Virus record (IMG/VR): IMGVR_UViG_3300009164_000179
Span: 1-35,820 of that record
Source of the DNA: a virus
Taxonomy: Duplodnaviria; Caudoviricetes
DNA: 35,820 bases
Strand: one strand, 5' to 3'
A model generated the notes under the pieces. It had not been told where the DNA came from. It saw nothing but the letters and a program-made list of their open reading frames with translations, and did no database searches. Shown here in pieces: positions 19,501-26,743 of the stretch; position 1 is the first letter of the stretch; each line of letters starts with the position of its first letter. The translations under genes and the position numbers were made by a program.

Positions 19501-21261
19501 GCTAGACAGCCAAGCAGAACCATCGAAATGATACATTGTTCCGGCGTTGTTTATGCCGCGCCGTATGAGTACACACTCGTCAATCATCGACTCACCGTCT
19601 TCTTCTAATTTAAGATTGATCTGTACATTATTATTAAACTTAATAAAGTGAACTTTGTAAATTCTGTTGTTTGCTAACGAATCTGTGTCTGCAACGACTA
19701 ATATACGAGCGCCTTCAAATAAGAATTCGCCGTCAATATTATATCCTGTACTGCCTTCGATCTTTGAAAATATATCAGTGGTAAATGTGTCGATATAATC
19801 AACAACTTTTTTAGCTACTGCACCGTGATTGAACAATTGAATATTAGGATTAAATTCAATAATCGGTCGTTTGGCCCTCGCATCTTCTGGGGCTGTGTAG
19901 TTTACTCCCCGAAGTCCGTGAGCATAATCTAAAACAGATCTATGGAACCAACGATTATATCTACTCCACGGATTAGAGTCTTTACTATTTCTAGTGATAG
20001 TGATGTAGTCCAACTGTGACGGATATGCAGTTGCATCATCAAAAGGTTGTGTGTCAAATCCTTCATTGTCAAATAAAACTTCTGGCACATCTTTAGTAAG
20101 CACAGGAACAATTAGGTCTGAGAATCTTGTTAAGGTAATTGCAGTGCCAACTCCTTCAACTAACCAATTGCTATCTGCATATTGGCTAGGAGTAACTGTA
20201 CCTCTAAATTCAACTATTAAGCCGTTTGTAAACACTACACCGTTACTGCTAGTGTATGCTGATTTACCAATGATATCTTTGTCAATATCTAATTTTGTGT
20301 TTTCATCGATGTTACCAATTACAAATTGACCGAAACGATCTGGATCTGTTTTGCTTTGGTAAAACAGAACGTCAGGCGCATCAAAGGGAACTTTAAAGGT
20401 TATTGTGCCGTTTTCAATTCCGTTGTTTGTAACACCTTTATTAAAATCCAATACAGTGGTTTGATCGGCAAGACTTATTAGTTGCCAGTCATCTGTATTA
20501 ATATCAATTGTACTTCCGTCACCTGGAAGAATTTGAGATTTAGCTCTCCATAATTTTTCATCAAATAATACTACTGCACCGATTTCATATCCAAGATTTG
20601 GATTATACCGTAGCGAGCCTGTGTCATAATTTGTTCTGATTACTAGTCCATTATTTGGAGCATTAACATTGAATTTATAAGTTTGTCCTCTAAACAAAAA
20701 TAGCTGAGGATTATTTGTTGCACCATCTGGTGTAAAAATAAAAGTAGATCCAATTCCTAATCTTACTTTATAGCTACTGGTAATCTTAGCAGCTTGGCCG
20801 AGAACTGCAACAGACGGTGGACCGTCTGGTTCCCAATAATATTCTCTAAAGTTAACATACTTGTCCCAGTCAATCGGAGGATTCCAAGAATAATGTTGCT
20901 GACTTGTGATTGCGTCATCTCTATCATCATCGTTACCAAAAAACTTTAATTGATTTTTAAAATCAATGTAGTCATAAAAATTTGTTATTTTATTGTTTAT
21001 TTTATAAGTTACACCAGGTTCTAGCTGATATCTACTTCTTAATGTATTGTCAGAGTCAAGATAAACATCTTTACCTTGAAAAGTTTTTCCGTATCTACGG
21101 CCAATGTAGCCAACTGTTTTTTGTAATACACCCGGTTGTACTAATGGGTCAACAACAGCTGACATAAATTTTGAATTAGCACCTGTGCGGAACACTGAGG
21201 GCAGTAATTCAACTGTTCTTCTTATTGGTAATTGGCTTTGTGGGTAAATTGTTTTTGCCAT
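7594..21261 (-). CDS. Giant baseplate wedge / adhesion protein (gp7 position, ~4555 aa)
   Basis: Uninterrupted 13.7-kb ORF directly after gp6; contains FG-GAP blades, five CBM-like modules, two GDGxGAxA repeats and C-terminal (G/S/Y)DGxT..F/Y beta repeats. ATG 21261 preferred over GTG 21270. Confidence 0.8.
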   Translation of the reverse strand: MAKTIYPQSQLPIRRTVELLPSVFRTGANSKFMSAVVDPLVQPGVLQKTVGYIGRRYGKTFQGKDVYLDSDNTLRSRYQLEPGVTYKINNKITNFYDYIDFKNQLKFFGNDDDRDDAITSQQHYSWNPPIDWDKYVNFREYYWEPDGPPSVAVLGQAAKITSSYKVRLGIGSTFIFTPDGATNNPQLFLFRGQTYKFNVNAPNNGLVIRTNYDTGSLRYNPNLGYEIGAVVLFDEKLWRAKSQILPGDGSTIDINTDDWQLISLADQTTVLDFNKGVTNNGIENGTITFKVPFDAPDVLFYQSKTDPDRFGQFVIGNIDENTKLDIDKDIIGKSAYTSSNGVVFTNGLIVEFRGTVTPSQYADSNWLVEGVGTAITLTRFSDLIVPVLTKDVPEVLFDNEGFDTQPFDDATAYPSQLDYITITRNSKDSNPWSRYNRWFHRSVLDYAHGLRGVNYTAPEDARAKRPIIEFNPNIQLFNHGAVAKKVVDYIDTFTTDIFSKIEGSTGYNIDGEFLFEGARILVVADTDSLANNRIYKVHFIKFNNNVQINLKLEEDGESMIDECVLIRRGINNAGTMYHFDGSAWLSSQPKTKVNQPPLFDAYDSTGISFSDPETYPVSSFLGTTLFEYNQGTSGVNDSQLGFPLTYLNIDNLGDIKFNWTWDSDVFYHTHLVDNTAVTTYISTGFYKENADYKNGWISTNLDYIQPLLDSVVISQPTNVVTLTTLDWESVTDTSKLIINFYLNGTQLTDNPYIRDRGTFTFTTPFAEKDVISVKIITDVDYVTGYYEIPSGLEKNPLNQKMTSFTFGQAIDHVVSALEFDNRFEGKIPGKSNLRDLVDYQNNAKRFLKHSGSTPLAIALLCDKENNIIKSLQYAKQQYTEFKNNFLTRSTELDYISSIPDFVDAIIQSLTSTKTVASPFADSDMIGSGAYSTVTYDVEDTGIKTFALNKKFSLEGLSRTAVYVYINGQQLIVNKQYEFNATFGFVTIKTDLVEGDYIEIREYVSTAHCFIPSTPTKLGLYKKYTPMIFVDDTYREPKTVIQGHDGSITIAFGDYRDQLLLELEYRIYNNIKQQYDEAVFDIDNILGGYYGNALYNKSHLDPIVEQEFLQWIRNTNIDYTNNNYFIDTEPFTYTYSNMTDPASKVNLPGYWRGVYKWAFDTDRPHRCPWEMLGFSEKPDWWDTQYGSAPYTSGNLLLWEDLRDGIIRHGARAGTYDRYKRPGLLDYIPVDIEGRLVNPLDSGFAGNFILINNRGPFKLGDIGPVEYAWRSSSEYPFAVVIALCLLKPFEFITDSFDRSRIKINLLGQTVSKDTDTFLTLADLVIPYPSVDLSSGLVCYLVNYTQSKGKSLDSLETKIQSIDVNLATRLSGFVDKAQQKYLLDSKSPKSVSSSIYVPVENYDIIFNVSAPISTLSYSGVIVEKNETGWHITGYDDIHPFFYYYEAQPSQGDPLLSIGGLSENFIDWQPGKEFTNGIIVKNNNDFYRSLSTHTDSDDRALLDKTVWKKLAKLPLVGSVDAFKRRKFNTFEVSKIGYGTSFTTIQEVVDFLLGYEAYLQSQGFVFTNYDPINQVSQDWTTSSKEFMFWTRHNWAVGSLITLSPAATKINIVRTVGVADNLLDGFYDYQVLKSDGKPLQPQFINVDREFQEVTVETTNTTEGIYFLRLYYVLKEHVAIFDDRTVFNDVIYDKSTGYRQQRIKSQGFRTTDWYGDYTSPGFLFDNVDIEFWEPFTDYKLGDIVAYKSYYWTSLSNQEGQETFDYTYWSKLDSVPEKQLISNFDYKINQFDDYFNVASEGIGNTQRELARHTIGYQERTYLQELAEDPVTQFQLYQGFIREKGTKNAISKVFDKLSRYNGNSIELREEWAFRVGRLGGTDQLREIEIELQKNNVKIDPQPIIATISTTDATTSDKYYRVAKDNFTISPLPYVTDIHPLTSEEMPSQVAGYVKTDQIDFAVATVDDVVKLDIASVLENNHIWITFNIPSWTIWRLNQSPIYVITDVSKTTTTVTVTLNRIHNLTVDTVVGIRDVINLTGFYKITAVTDNTFSVTVPASAQAPVLDQSTISSLHLFTVVRFTDYGTLDPEVIALLPTGSKLWVDDSGSGEWEVLKKNKQYKSSSIVDYGLTSPIRAGTKVLYNDALKQTIVGIPGSGYVVAYIEIATSTPGETALSTKQIIAPASEFLNASIGSFGSAIAISPDNKWMVVGAPLASNINSNYMGPFDKMATYFPGEVVLYNGVLWKAKTDINTDGSTNAAYDPDNWSLAEINEASENYRGPGHPQQGMISIYERVNDQWEISGTYASPRPAIGEQFGSNISIGVSGSTYFLAVSAVGSLDGTGRVYLYKGIETTVVSPGGYTSTMTTWKHHDTQLSLPQQLALLDDGSTLVPTPAPGQLVEMLKENDQFGYSVSMNQTGSILAVGAPNSDGQFFVNYKGIWRPTVTYVGGDVVQRDSLYYSLGVTVISNTNDDPSNSAAWASIGDSTLRRSGKVFIYHRNISDNYDLAQTIDAATLSSISDISDSTETIDSGDKFGFAIALDYSGRTMVVTSPMADLNLEYRGSAYVLQTNSVTSPSFRLKQKLKNFESYYDEYFGQSISITANSETIIVGAKNSPGNTTGDAGAVYVFERKTIPLKDRYDLTIGGSDYYFLAEKLTATLSPFESFGASVDCQGSTIVVGSPDYFSTLAANTGNVRLFRKDPTVNSWEKITYQLPVVDIEKIRSIALYDNIRDLKIQDLDIVDPAKLKILNEAEQEIEFKTPFDPAIYSVGTEAQTVIPTQEWDKPFVGKIWWNISTAKWLYYEQGDISYKIGNWGVLAPGASIDMYEWVESPLQPSEWAAIADTNDGVANGISGQPLYPNNDVYSVKVLYNPTTGLATNTLYYYWVKNKTITPTGVTGRKLPASTIASYISNPAAAGTAFVSIIGSDTMLVYNLRSVMASDTALLNIQYHKDSKSLNAIHNEYQLIVEGDPEGVPAKALEEKWIDSLVGYDAVGNRVPDPSLPAKQRYGMSFRPRQGMFVDRIAALKIVIQNINHFVQLVPYVDVADFTYLNLVDPIPNNLYNLYDLQIDTDRELSTVGTVRVKPATVSVNLVNGEIDTIDIITPGFGYKVAPPIVIDGDGVGATAECTIDNQGKVVSVNVLTRGKKYSVANGIVRNFSVLVVSDSTANGDWGIYSWDTVKQTFYRSKSQAYDTTKYWSLVDWWASKFDEGDLVPIPYYGETSRIVKEIQDISLEPTIYTQVGDLIRIKEYASGGWAVFVKINEGGSFSENYQLVGREKGTLQISKEFYRTSVAGTGYDNNRAYDTNLYDVENAKELRNILKAVKENAYNLGFGELWSNLFFISVRHVLTEQKYVDWFFKTSFLKAIHNVGSFEERLNYKNDNLASFQQYVDEVKPYRTTIREYISRYDTVEPFNGAVSDFDVPPAYSPTEGRINALALTDERLNSYPWKWWTDNHKFSIVNIQISYPGKEYTLPPTVLITGDGTGATAKAYISNGEVSGIQVLTSGENYTTATITLVGGNGNSLEIAKAVAILGDSKSRTFGITMKFDRISKEGIYREFSKEQIFTAPGDSAVFELSYAPTRDKNKIKLFKNGQVVYKDEYTVSLYKSNTDSYSLLKGKIVFGEVPATGDIIRVVYEKNDELLDSVNRIQKYYLTNSDNAVSGLPGKELSQLMTGFDFGGVQVQGTTFEVTGGWDALPWFTDGWDSVESSSDIYYVCDGSTAQYVFDSAPAAGDIINIYIKRKGTTDAVRIDDPLFTSMWDSSMATNPNAEMPTFVGDGSTVVVELGQYISTEADDILIFRTLDSDGSVSINDPNILDTKLSGGTLASMAGAYSTASGIAAEDIVIEGGEFISPDQVSATEENVPGQVLDSVSIKVFQSSIDGVAPVNSRTLISDGATNTYDIGIQVLEFSSVLVYKNKTRMLLGTDYNLFLKTQKLIFNTIPSAGDVIEIIAIGIGGHALLDYQEFVADGDTSLFLTNANFLDTSSVFVTVNGVYQSVGFIDSTGVVDATGKTLVQFGNKPTANDLIFILALGNDAGAVLDGKGVVRINQQIFIYDGSTRSYSLDNSIAHDPLSTTPVEFSNNNFKNELNASAESSMLVELNGRALNGPDTTYFVYDGIQNQFVLGVDPLVPSGSILTSNIKCYINNRLASFIQDYVFDGSFKTITIAETSLTKNDKIKIVTDFDSEYRIVDNSIVLDEALSVPSTATIKVTWFGEYPSMKFVSDEFTGGKIKYQLAHTPLSGSYVWVYKNGNRLTLDQDYTVDVYRSELSLTATSTAADQIKVLLFGSEIFKLPTAWEISKDMLNIYHFNRYSQSKDVVLASDLHYYDTEISVTDASQLSAPITNRNIPGVVLINGEKIEYMQKTGNTLKQLRRGTVGTSIKPTHIAGSYVVDVGAQEIIPYNEEQERFDFVSDGTADDSTIGSYKTIGQLEFVPIQGTRSTAWYRGTIPTTFGPCDQIEVFVGGRRLRKDPVKVYDETLGVSSPSADVTIEAEFSVDGITPYIRLTTTPLAGERITIIKRTGKTWYDRGESTATSGVTFLENTSSIATFIAQRTTKLPE
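13195..14886 (-). repeat. Seven FG-GAP-like repeats (integrin-alpha-like beta-propeller) within the giant protein
   Basis: RAGTKV..IVGIP, FGSAIAI..VVGAP, FGSNISI..AVSA..GRVYLY, FGYSVSM..AVGAP..GKVFIY, FGFAIAL..VVTSP..GSAYVL, FGQSISI..IVGAK..GAVYVF, FGASVDC..VVGSP..GNVRLF. Confidence 0.8.
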
Positions 21262-21266
21262 AGTTC

Positions 21267-24200
21267 TCACGCAGTTGTGTTAACGATTGAGCTAGTAGTA
21301 GCTCGAATTTCTGAAGCAGTAATCGCTGTTACGATTTCAACATCATCTACAGTTGCACCGCTGACAAAAATTTCATCAGCTGCACTTTGAATTTCAAATA
21401 AACTACCAAATACCTGCGTAGTTTGTCTTGGAACAATTACCAAGTTGCTAATATCCGGAGCAGTTACATTTAAAATATAAGTTGTAAGTTCACTTAGATA
21501 GAATCTATCTCCAAAGTCCCAATTATTAACATCAAAGAAATCATTGATTGCATTAATAATTCTAACTTTAATATCATTGTCATTTACAGACTTGTTAGGA
21601 TTTTTAACTATTTTAAACTGTGCCTGCAATTTGATATCTGCTTTGGCTCCAAATAACACTTTATATTTTACAGAGTGGTAGGCTAACTCATCACTGATTG
21701 ATTTAATTGCTGACAGGCCAGCTCCAAAAGAATCACGTAATTCGTCGTGATCTAATCCCACAGGCTCAACTGGAATGGCTCCGGCCAACCAGTTTCGATA
21801 ATCAGTATCATATGCTCTGGTTAAAATATAGAGATCGATAATATTACTAGAGCTTGGATCTATTCTTCTATTGCCAGCGGCATTGTGTAGATATTGAAAT
21901 TTTAATTTATCTCTTCCTCTATTTGCTGTGTACTGAGTCTGTAATACTAGAGTGTTCGATGCACTATCAACTTTCTTTACACGATCTTCTAGGCTGTCGT
22001 AAAAATATATTAACTGACCGTTGTCGTAGTCTGCTGGATTAATTGTTGCTTCTGTTTGTCTTACTAAAATTGTATCATTGATGTTGTCGATTAAATCGTA
22101 AGATTTAGTTCCTGAATTATCTGTTGTTTCAACAAAGAATAAAAATCTTGGTAGTGTGTCCTCGCCCACAACATCTTCAAACGAATCCGGATTATCAATA
22201 GCATTATTGTTGTCGCTGTCAAAGAATGCCAACTTAATTTCTTTGGTACTTTGATAGCCGTCGTCGAATTTAATAGCATCGTCGATTTCAAAAACAATAT
22301 CATTTTTTAGTGATGTTATTAAATCTTTACCAGCGTTGATGTTTAATATCTTAACCTGATCTTTAACTACTTTGCCTGTTTGTGAATTATATAATCGCTG
22401 TGTATTGTCAAAATAGAATCTATTCTGTTGTACACTGCCAAACACATAGGCCATTGTTCTAATTCTTATTTGATACTGATCTGGTAACTTAACAAAAGAT
22501 ACGATCCAAGAAGCATCTAAATGTCCATTGGAAGAATCGCCGGATTTACCTAGACTGAATGGGCTTGTTAAATCAATATTTGATGTTGTTATAATTTTCC
22601 AAGATGACGATGCAATATCATAACGAATACCGAAATTCAATCCTTCAAAAATTTGATTTGTAATTTCTTGAGCCAACGCAGGTGTTAGACTACTGACCCA
22701 TTTAGGAACGATTCTTGATGCGATTGCACCAATTGGCACTTGGGTATTAAAAGTAACAGGCCCGAGACCGGAAGGTAATGCGCCGCGGCCAGCGTTTGTT
22801 CCGTCGCCTACTACCTTAACAACTTCTGTCCAGATATATAGTGATTGCATAGGATCACTGGAGTTAGCTGCAACTAGTTTGCCTTTTCTAAAAGCCTTAC
22901 CGATAGGCGCTGTAAACTTAACTAGTGCACCGGGAGTAACATATTTTAAACTGTTTGTAGAATATGCTCCAACTTTTAGTTTACTAAAATCTGTAGAGTT
23001 TCTAAAATATCCTGTGGTAATATTTGTACCGGTAGTTACTTGATACCATTCGACATTATCTGTAAAATAAATTTTATCATATTTTGTTAGATAAAAATTG
23101 TAAACATCTGTATCTTCAAAAATACTGTAGTCTGACTCACCACCTGTTGCAAGGAAGTTAAGAATTTCTAATCTGTTTCCATAATTTTTAAATGACAGAG
23201 TTTTTTCTATAAATGATTTATAGATGTATCCATCATCAGCAAATACATTAACACTAGAGTATTTTCCACTAGCATCAATAATTTCAAAGTTTCTAGAGAT
23301 ACCGCTTGATGTTCTATTAATAGCTTTGATTTTCAAAATGTTTTGACTGCTACCCAACGGCGCAAGATTATAATCTTCACCGGTAATCATACGGTTTTGT
23401 GTATAATATACTGCTGGAGCATTTGCTCTAATACTAGCCACAGTTTCAGTTGCCGCAGAAGATGAAACTGTCTGTTGCAGGCCAAGTCCTATTGTAACTG
23501 TCTGTGGAATTCCTTGTGAATTGTAGTAAGGTACAGAAATATTGATACCTTTCATTTCATTAGGATAGATAGAATATGTTAGCCCGTTGCTAACTCTATA
23601 GTAAAAGCGGAAATTACCTTGTGGTAGGTTGCCATATACTCCGTCGGCAAATGCAAGATCAACCATATCATTTTCTTTCGTTACTACAGAAAAGATATTT
23701 CTAATATTTTGACTAACACTATTATAGGCAATATTGTTGCCTACTAGATTAGATACCTGTGTCCATTGGTCCAGTTGTGCGCCAATAGAACTTAATTTAA
23801 ATAGCCATATGTCATCATTGTTTATGCTTTGAGCTCCGACGGATATTGTTTCATTTGTAGTAGGAGTATCGATGCTAAAATCTGCAAGCTCTAAGCTACC
23901 TTGTTTAAACATCAAGAAGAATCCAGTGTTAGGACTTCCTGGACCTCGACCATCATTACGATAAACAAATCCTAATTGATTTGCTGGGGTTGGGGCTTCT
24001 TCGTAAAAATTTTCAGCACCGTTGAATGCAGTACTAACCACTTCAAATGCCATTCCTCTACCGGATACAGTTTTGCTGTATGTATAGATAGGCACATCAG
24101 TTGAGAAAGTTCTAAATCTATATTGTTCAGTTGGAACGCCCTGAATTGTTGCAGATCCTTGACTACGACCAAATTCTGTGTTATCTGACATAGAAGCATT

Positions 24201-24680
24201 TAACACAATAATAAACTGTTCTAGCCAATTGCTGTTTGTTGGATCATTCCATTGAATAATCTGGTTGGCTAGATTTTTACCGTTGCCGTCTAAGATAGAT
24301 TCTGTGGTAGTAACTGATGTAAATTTTAAAAGACCTTTAGCTGGTTTGTTTCTTTTAGCATTATAGCTTAACATACGAGCAATACGTAGCACACTTTCTT
24401 TGCGTTCTGCTAATTCTAAAAAGTTTTCGCGACTGGCTAAATCGACACGGAAAGCTAGACTCTGTCCAAGAAACGCTACAGCATCAATCAATGCCATATA
24501 CTCAGAGCTTTCAATATAATCGTTGAAATCTTCTGGGTAGTTTTGTCTTAGATAGGTAATAATAACCCGACGAAGATTTTCAAAGTCGTAGGATTTAAAG
24601 TCAGCATTTTTAAATGTCTGATAGATCCTTGTCCAATCTTGGTTTAAAATAAGGTTATTTTGTCTGCTGGTCGTTGTCAT
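21267..24680 (-). CDS. gp6: Baseplate wedge subunit, gp6-like (1137 aa)
   Basis: DFENLRR..YLR..EDFNDYIESS..LIDAVA..ENFLELAER.SV.RIARMLSY N-terminus and YTQNRMITGEDY motif; follows gp25. Confidence 0.88.
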   Translation of the reverse strand: MTTTSRQNNLILNQDWTRIYQTFKNADFKSYDFENLRRVIITYLRQNYPEDFNDYIESSEYMALIDAVAFLGQSLAFRVDLASRENFLELAERKESVLRIARMLSYNAKRNKPAKGLLKFTSVTTTESILDGNGKNLANQIIQWNDPTNSNWLEQFIIVLNASMSDNTEFGRSQGSATIQGVPTEQYRFRTFSTDVPIYTYSKTVSGRGMAFEVVSTAFNGAENFYEEAPTPANQLGFVYRNDGRGPGSPNTGFFLMFKQGSLELADFSIDTPTTNETISVGAQSINNDDIWLFKLSSIGAQLDQWTQVSNLVGNNIAYNSVSQNIRNIFSVVTKENDMVDLAFADGVYGNLPQGNFRFYYRVSNGLTYSIYPNEMKGINISVPYYNSQGIPQTVTIGLGLQQTVSSSAATETVASIRANAPAVYYTQNRMITGEDYNLAPLGSSQNILKIKAINRTSSGISRNFEIIDASGKYSSVNVFADDGYIYKSFIEKTLSFKNYGNRLEILNFLATGGESDYSIFEDTDVYNFYLTKYDKIYFTDNVEWYQVTTGTNITTGYFRNSTDFSKLKVGAYSTNSLKYVTPGALVKFTAPIGKAFRKGKLVAANSSDPMQSLYIWTEVVKVVGDGTNAGRGALPSGLGPVTFNTQVPIGAIASRIVPKWVSSLTPALAQEITNQIFEGLNFGIRYDIASSSWKIITTSNIDLTSPFSLGKSGDSSNGHLDASWIVSFVKLPDQYQIRIRTMAYVFGSVQQNRFYFDNTQRLYNSQTGKVVKDQVKILNINAGKDLITSLKNDIVFEIDDAIKFDDGYQSTKEIKLAFFDSDNNNAIDNPDSFEDVVGEDTLPRFLFFVETTDNSGTKSYDLIDNINDTILVRQTEATINPADYDNGQLIYFYDSLEDRVKKVDSASNTLVLQTQYTANRGRDKLKFQYLHNAAGNRRIDPSSSNIIDLYILTRAYDTDYRNWLAGAIPVEPVGLDHDELRDSFGAGLSAIKSISDELAYHSVKYKVLFGAKADIKLQAQFKIVKNPNKSVNDNDIKVRIINAINDFFDVNNWDFGDRFYLSELTTYILNVTAPDISNLVIVPRQTTQVFGSLFEIQSAADEIFVSGATVDDVEIVTAITASEIRATTSSIVNTTA

Positions 24681-24698
24681 TTTTTATTCCTGATATCA

Positions 24699-24706
24699 TA
24701 TTTACC
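24699..24706 (-). promoter_or_regulatory. Putative late promoter (GGTAAATA)
   Basis: TAAATA core in the 42-nt gap between gp25 and gp6, 18 nt upstream of the ATG. Confidence 0.45.
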
Positions 24707-24722
24707 ACTTAAAATTAACCAC

Positions 24723-25169
24723 TTACTTTATGATAGAATTAGCTTTGTCGAAGTCAAACGTCATCCGTTCATTAATATTAAATTGAATGTATACTAGATC
24801 TGCTTGTATTCTAATACCTTGTTCTGTTGTATCGACAGTAACTGCGTTTACAGCGATACGAGGGTCATAGTTAACAATATCTTCTACGTCTTTGGCAATA
24901 ATACGTTTTACTTCTTCTGTAAATGGTTCAAAGAGCATATCCCAGATAACTGTTCCAAAATCTGGATTTTCTAATTTTTCACCTTTACGAATATAAAAAT
25001 GATTCATCAGGTCTTGCTTAACAAGATCAATATCTGTAAGTTTATAATTTCTGCCAGTTTCGTTGGAGTTAAATCCTTTATAGATAAAAGTGTTCTGTCC
25101 TTCTGTGCCTACTGAAGCTTTGTTTGCTGCTACGATCTTAGTGTTATAAAGTTTTTTTGTTAAGGCCAT
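24723..25169 (-). CDS. gp25: Baseplate wedge subunit, gp25-like (148 aa)
   Basis: LTDIDLVKQDLMNHFYIRKGEKLENPDFGTVIWDMLFEP...YDPRI, the GPW/gp25 signature. Confidence 0.92.
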   Translation of the reverse strand: MALTKKLYNTKIVAANKASVGTEGQNTFIYKGFNSNETGRNYKLTDIDLVKQDLMNHFYIRKGEKLENPDFGTVIWDMLFEPFTEEVKRIIAKDVEDIVNYDPRIAVNAVTVDTTEQGIRIQADLVYIQFNINERMTFDFDKANSIIK

Positions 25170-25171
25170 AA

Positions 25172-26743
25172 TTATAGCTCCCTATCTGTTTGTTCTGGTG
25201 TTAATAACTGTGGAGCCATATTTTCGTGTAATAGCCAAGGTTCGTGCATTGGCATACGTTTCATAATACTCTTTGTAACTCCGGCCTGATATTTTTTAGG
25301 ATTCCATCCTACCTGAGTAGTAACTGAAGGATTATCTCTAAGCTCTAGCGGCTGCACAAAGTCAGCTGTTGTAGCTGGTGTTGCTGCTTGACTATTCATA
25401 AAGATATCAGCAGCAGATTCAACGTGATTTCCTCCACTACCGATGTTTGTGTTAGCGCCGGCACTGAATAGGTTGTCACCGTTGGTATTAATTTCGCAGT
25501 TGGTATTGCTAGAAATTTTAGTGGACTTGCCGACTAATATTTGACAGTTTTCTCCAACTGTGATCTTAGTTTCAGAGTTAACTAAGAATTCTAAATTTGT
25601 TGCAACTTCAGCGTGCCAGCGGCCTGTTTCGGTACGCATATTAATATTACGGCCAGCTTCGATGTTGATGTCTCTGTCGGCTCGAATATTTAAATCAGTT
25701 TCAGTATGAATGCTGATACTGTCTCCGGCATAGATATCAATTTTTCCATTAGCTGTTAATTCAATCCAGGCCGTGCCTTTGGCATTAGCGATGTAGATTA
25801 AATCCTCGCTGTTGTGCATTAATATCTGATGCCCTGTTCTGGTTCTTACACGGAAGTATTCATTATAAGGGATATCAGGCTGACTTGTTTGGCCAGCTTT
25901 TTGTTCTGTAATATCGACGTATTCCATCCCGCTTTGAGATGCTGGCTTTACTCGTTGATATCGATCGTCACCGTCATCCATTACAAATGTAGTACCGCCT
26001 AATCGACTAACCGGGACTGGCACAGTTGTCTGATCATTTACTTTACCAATAAATCCTTTCTTGGCATTGAGCCGGCGATCTAATGGTCCAGGAGTACTAA
26101 TACCAAACACCATACTTGGCACTTCTCGACGACTGGTTGTAGTTGTTATACCGCGAACATCATCCTCTAACAATCCTGCATTTAAAAAAGCTTCGGCCAT
26201 AGGATGTACAGGTTTAGTTAACTTATCAACATCAACACTGCTTTCGTTTTTAGCATTAATTTTTTTATTGTATTCGCCAGTTGGCAACGGCATTTTTGTG
26301 TTGTATTTTTTCTTGTCTTCGTCGGTTAATTCGACCTGTGTTGTGCCGGCAACGGCCGGAACCATTTGATTTGCAAATCTAGGTGGAATACAGGCAAACC
26401 AGTAACCCTGTGCTGGGTCTCCGTTTACAAATGTACACATAACTGTTACACCAACATCCGGTGGAACCATCCACATCCCATAACTTTTTTGTGTGTCATT
26501 GAAATCTGTTTTATTTTGCCCCATAAATTCATATGGAGTTACTCCGAAGAATGGCGAAGCAAAATGCACAGTATAAGTTTCTGTATCTTCACCCATTGTA
26601 TTTCCCGAGTCTCTTAAAAGTGTAACTTCTAAGTCTCCCATAAATGTAGTATCAAGATGACTAATTACTCGTGCAAGATATGGGCCAGTGCCGATGTCTG
26701 CCGATGAGTTTTCGTCATAGGTTGACCGTTGAAACTCTGCCAT
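25172..26743 (-). CDS. gp5: Baseplate central spike, gp5/VgrG-like, without lysozyme domain (523 aa)
   Basis: N-terminal OB-fold-like region (ASPFFG..YGMWMVPPDVGVTVMCTFVNGD), RTRTGHQILM motif and beta-helix repeats (ISIHTETDLNIRADRDINIEAGRNINM); upstream of gp25. Confidence 0.82.
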   Translation of the reverse strand: MAEFQRSTYDENSSADIGTGPYLARVISHLDTTFMGDLEVTLLRDSGNTMGEDTETYTVHFASPFFGVTPYEFMGQNKTDFNDTQKSYGMWMVPPDVGVTVMCTFVNGDPAQGYWFACIPPRFANQMVPAVAGTTQVELTDEDKKKYNTKMPLPTGEYNKKINAKNESSVDVDKLTKPVHPMAEAFLNAGLLEDDVRGITTTTSRREVPSMVFGISTPGPLDRRLNAKKGFIGKVNDQTTVPVPVSRLGGTTFVMDDGDDRYQRVKPASQSGMEYVDITEQKAGQTSQPDIPYNEYFRVRTRTGHQILMHNSEDLIYIANAKGTAWIELTANGKIDIYAGDSISIHTETDLNIRADRDINIEAGRNINMRTETGRWHAEVATNLEFLVNSETKITVGENCQILVGKSTKISSNTNCEINTNGDNLFSAGANTNIGSGGNHVESAADIFMNSQAATPATTADFVQPLELRDNPSVTTQVGWNPKKYQAGVTKSIMKRMPMHEPWLLHENMAPQLLTPEQTDREL

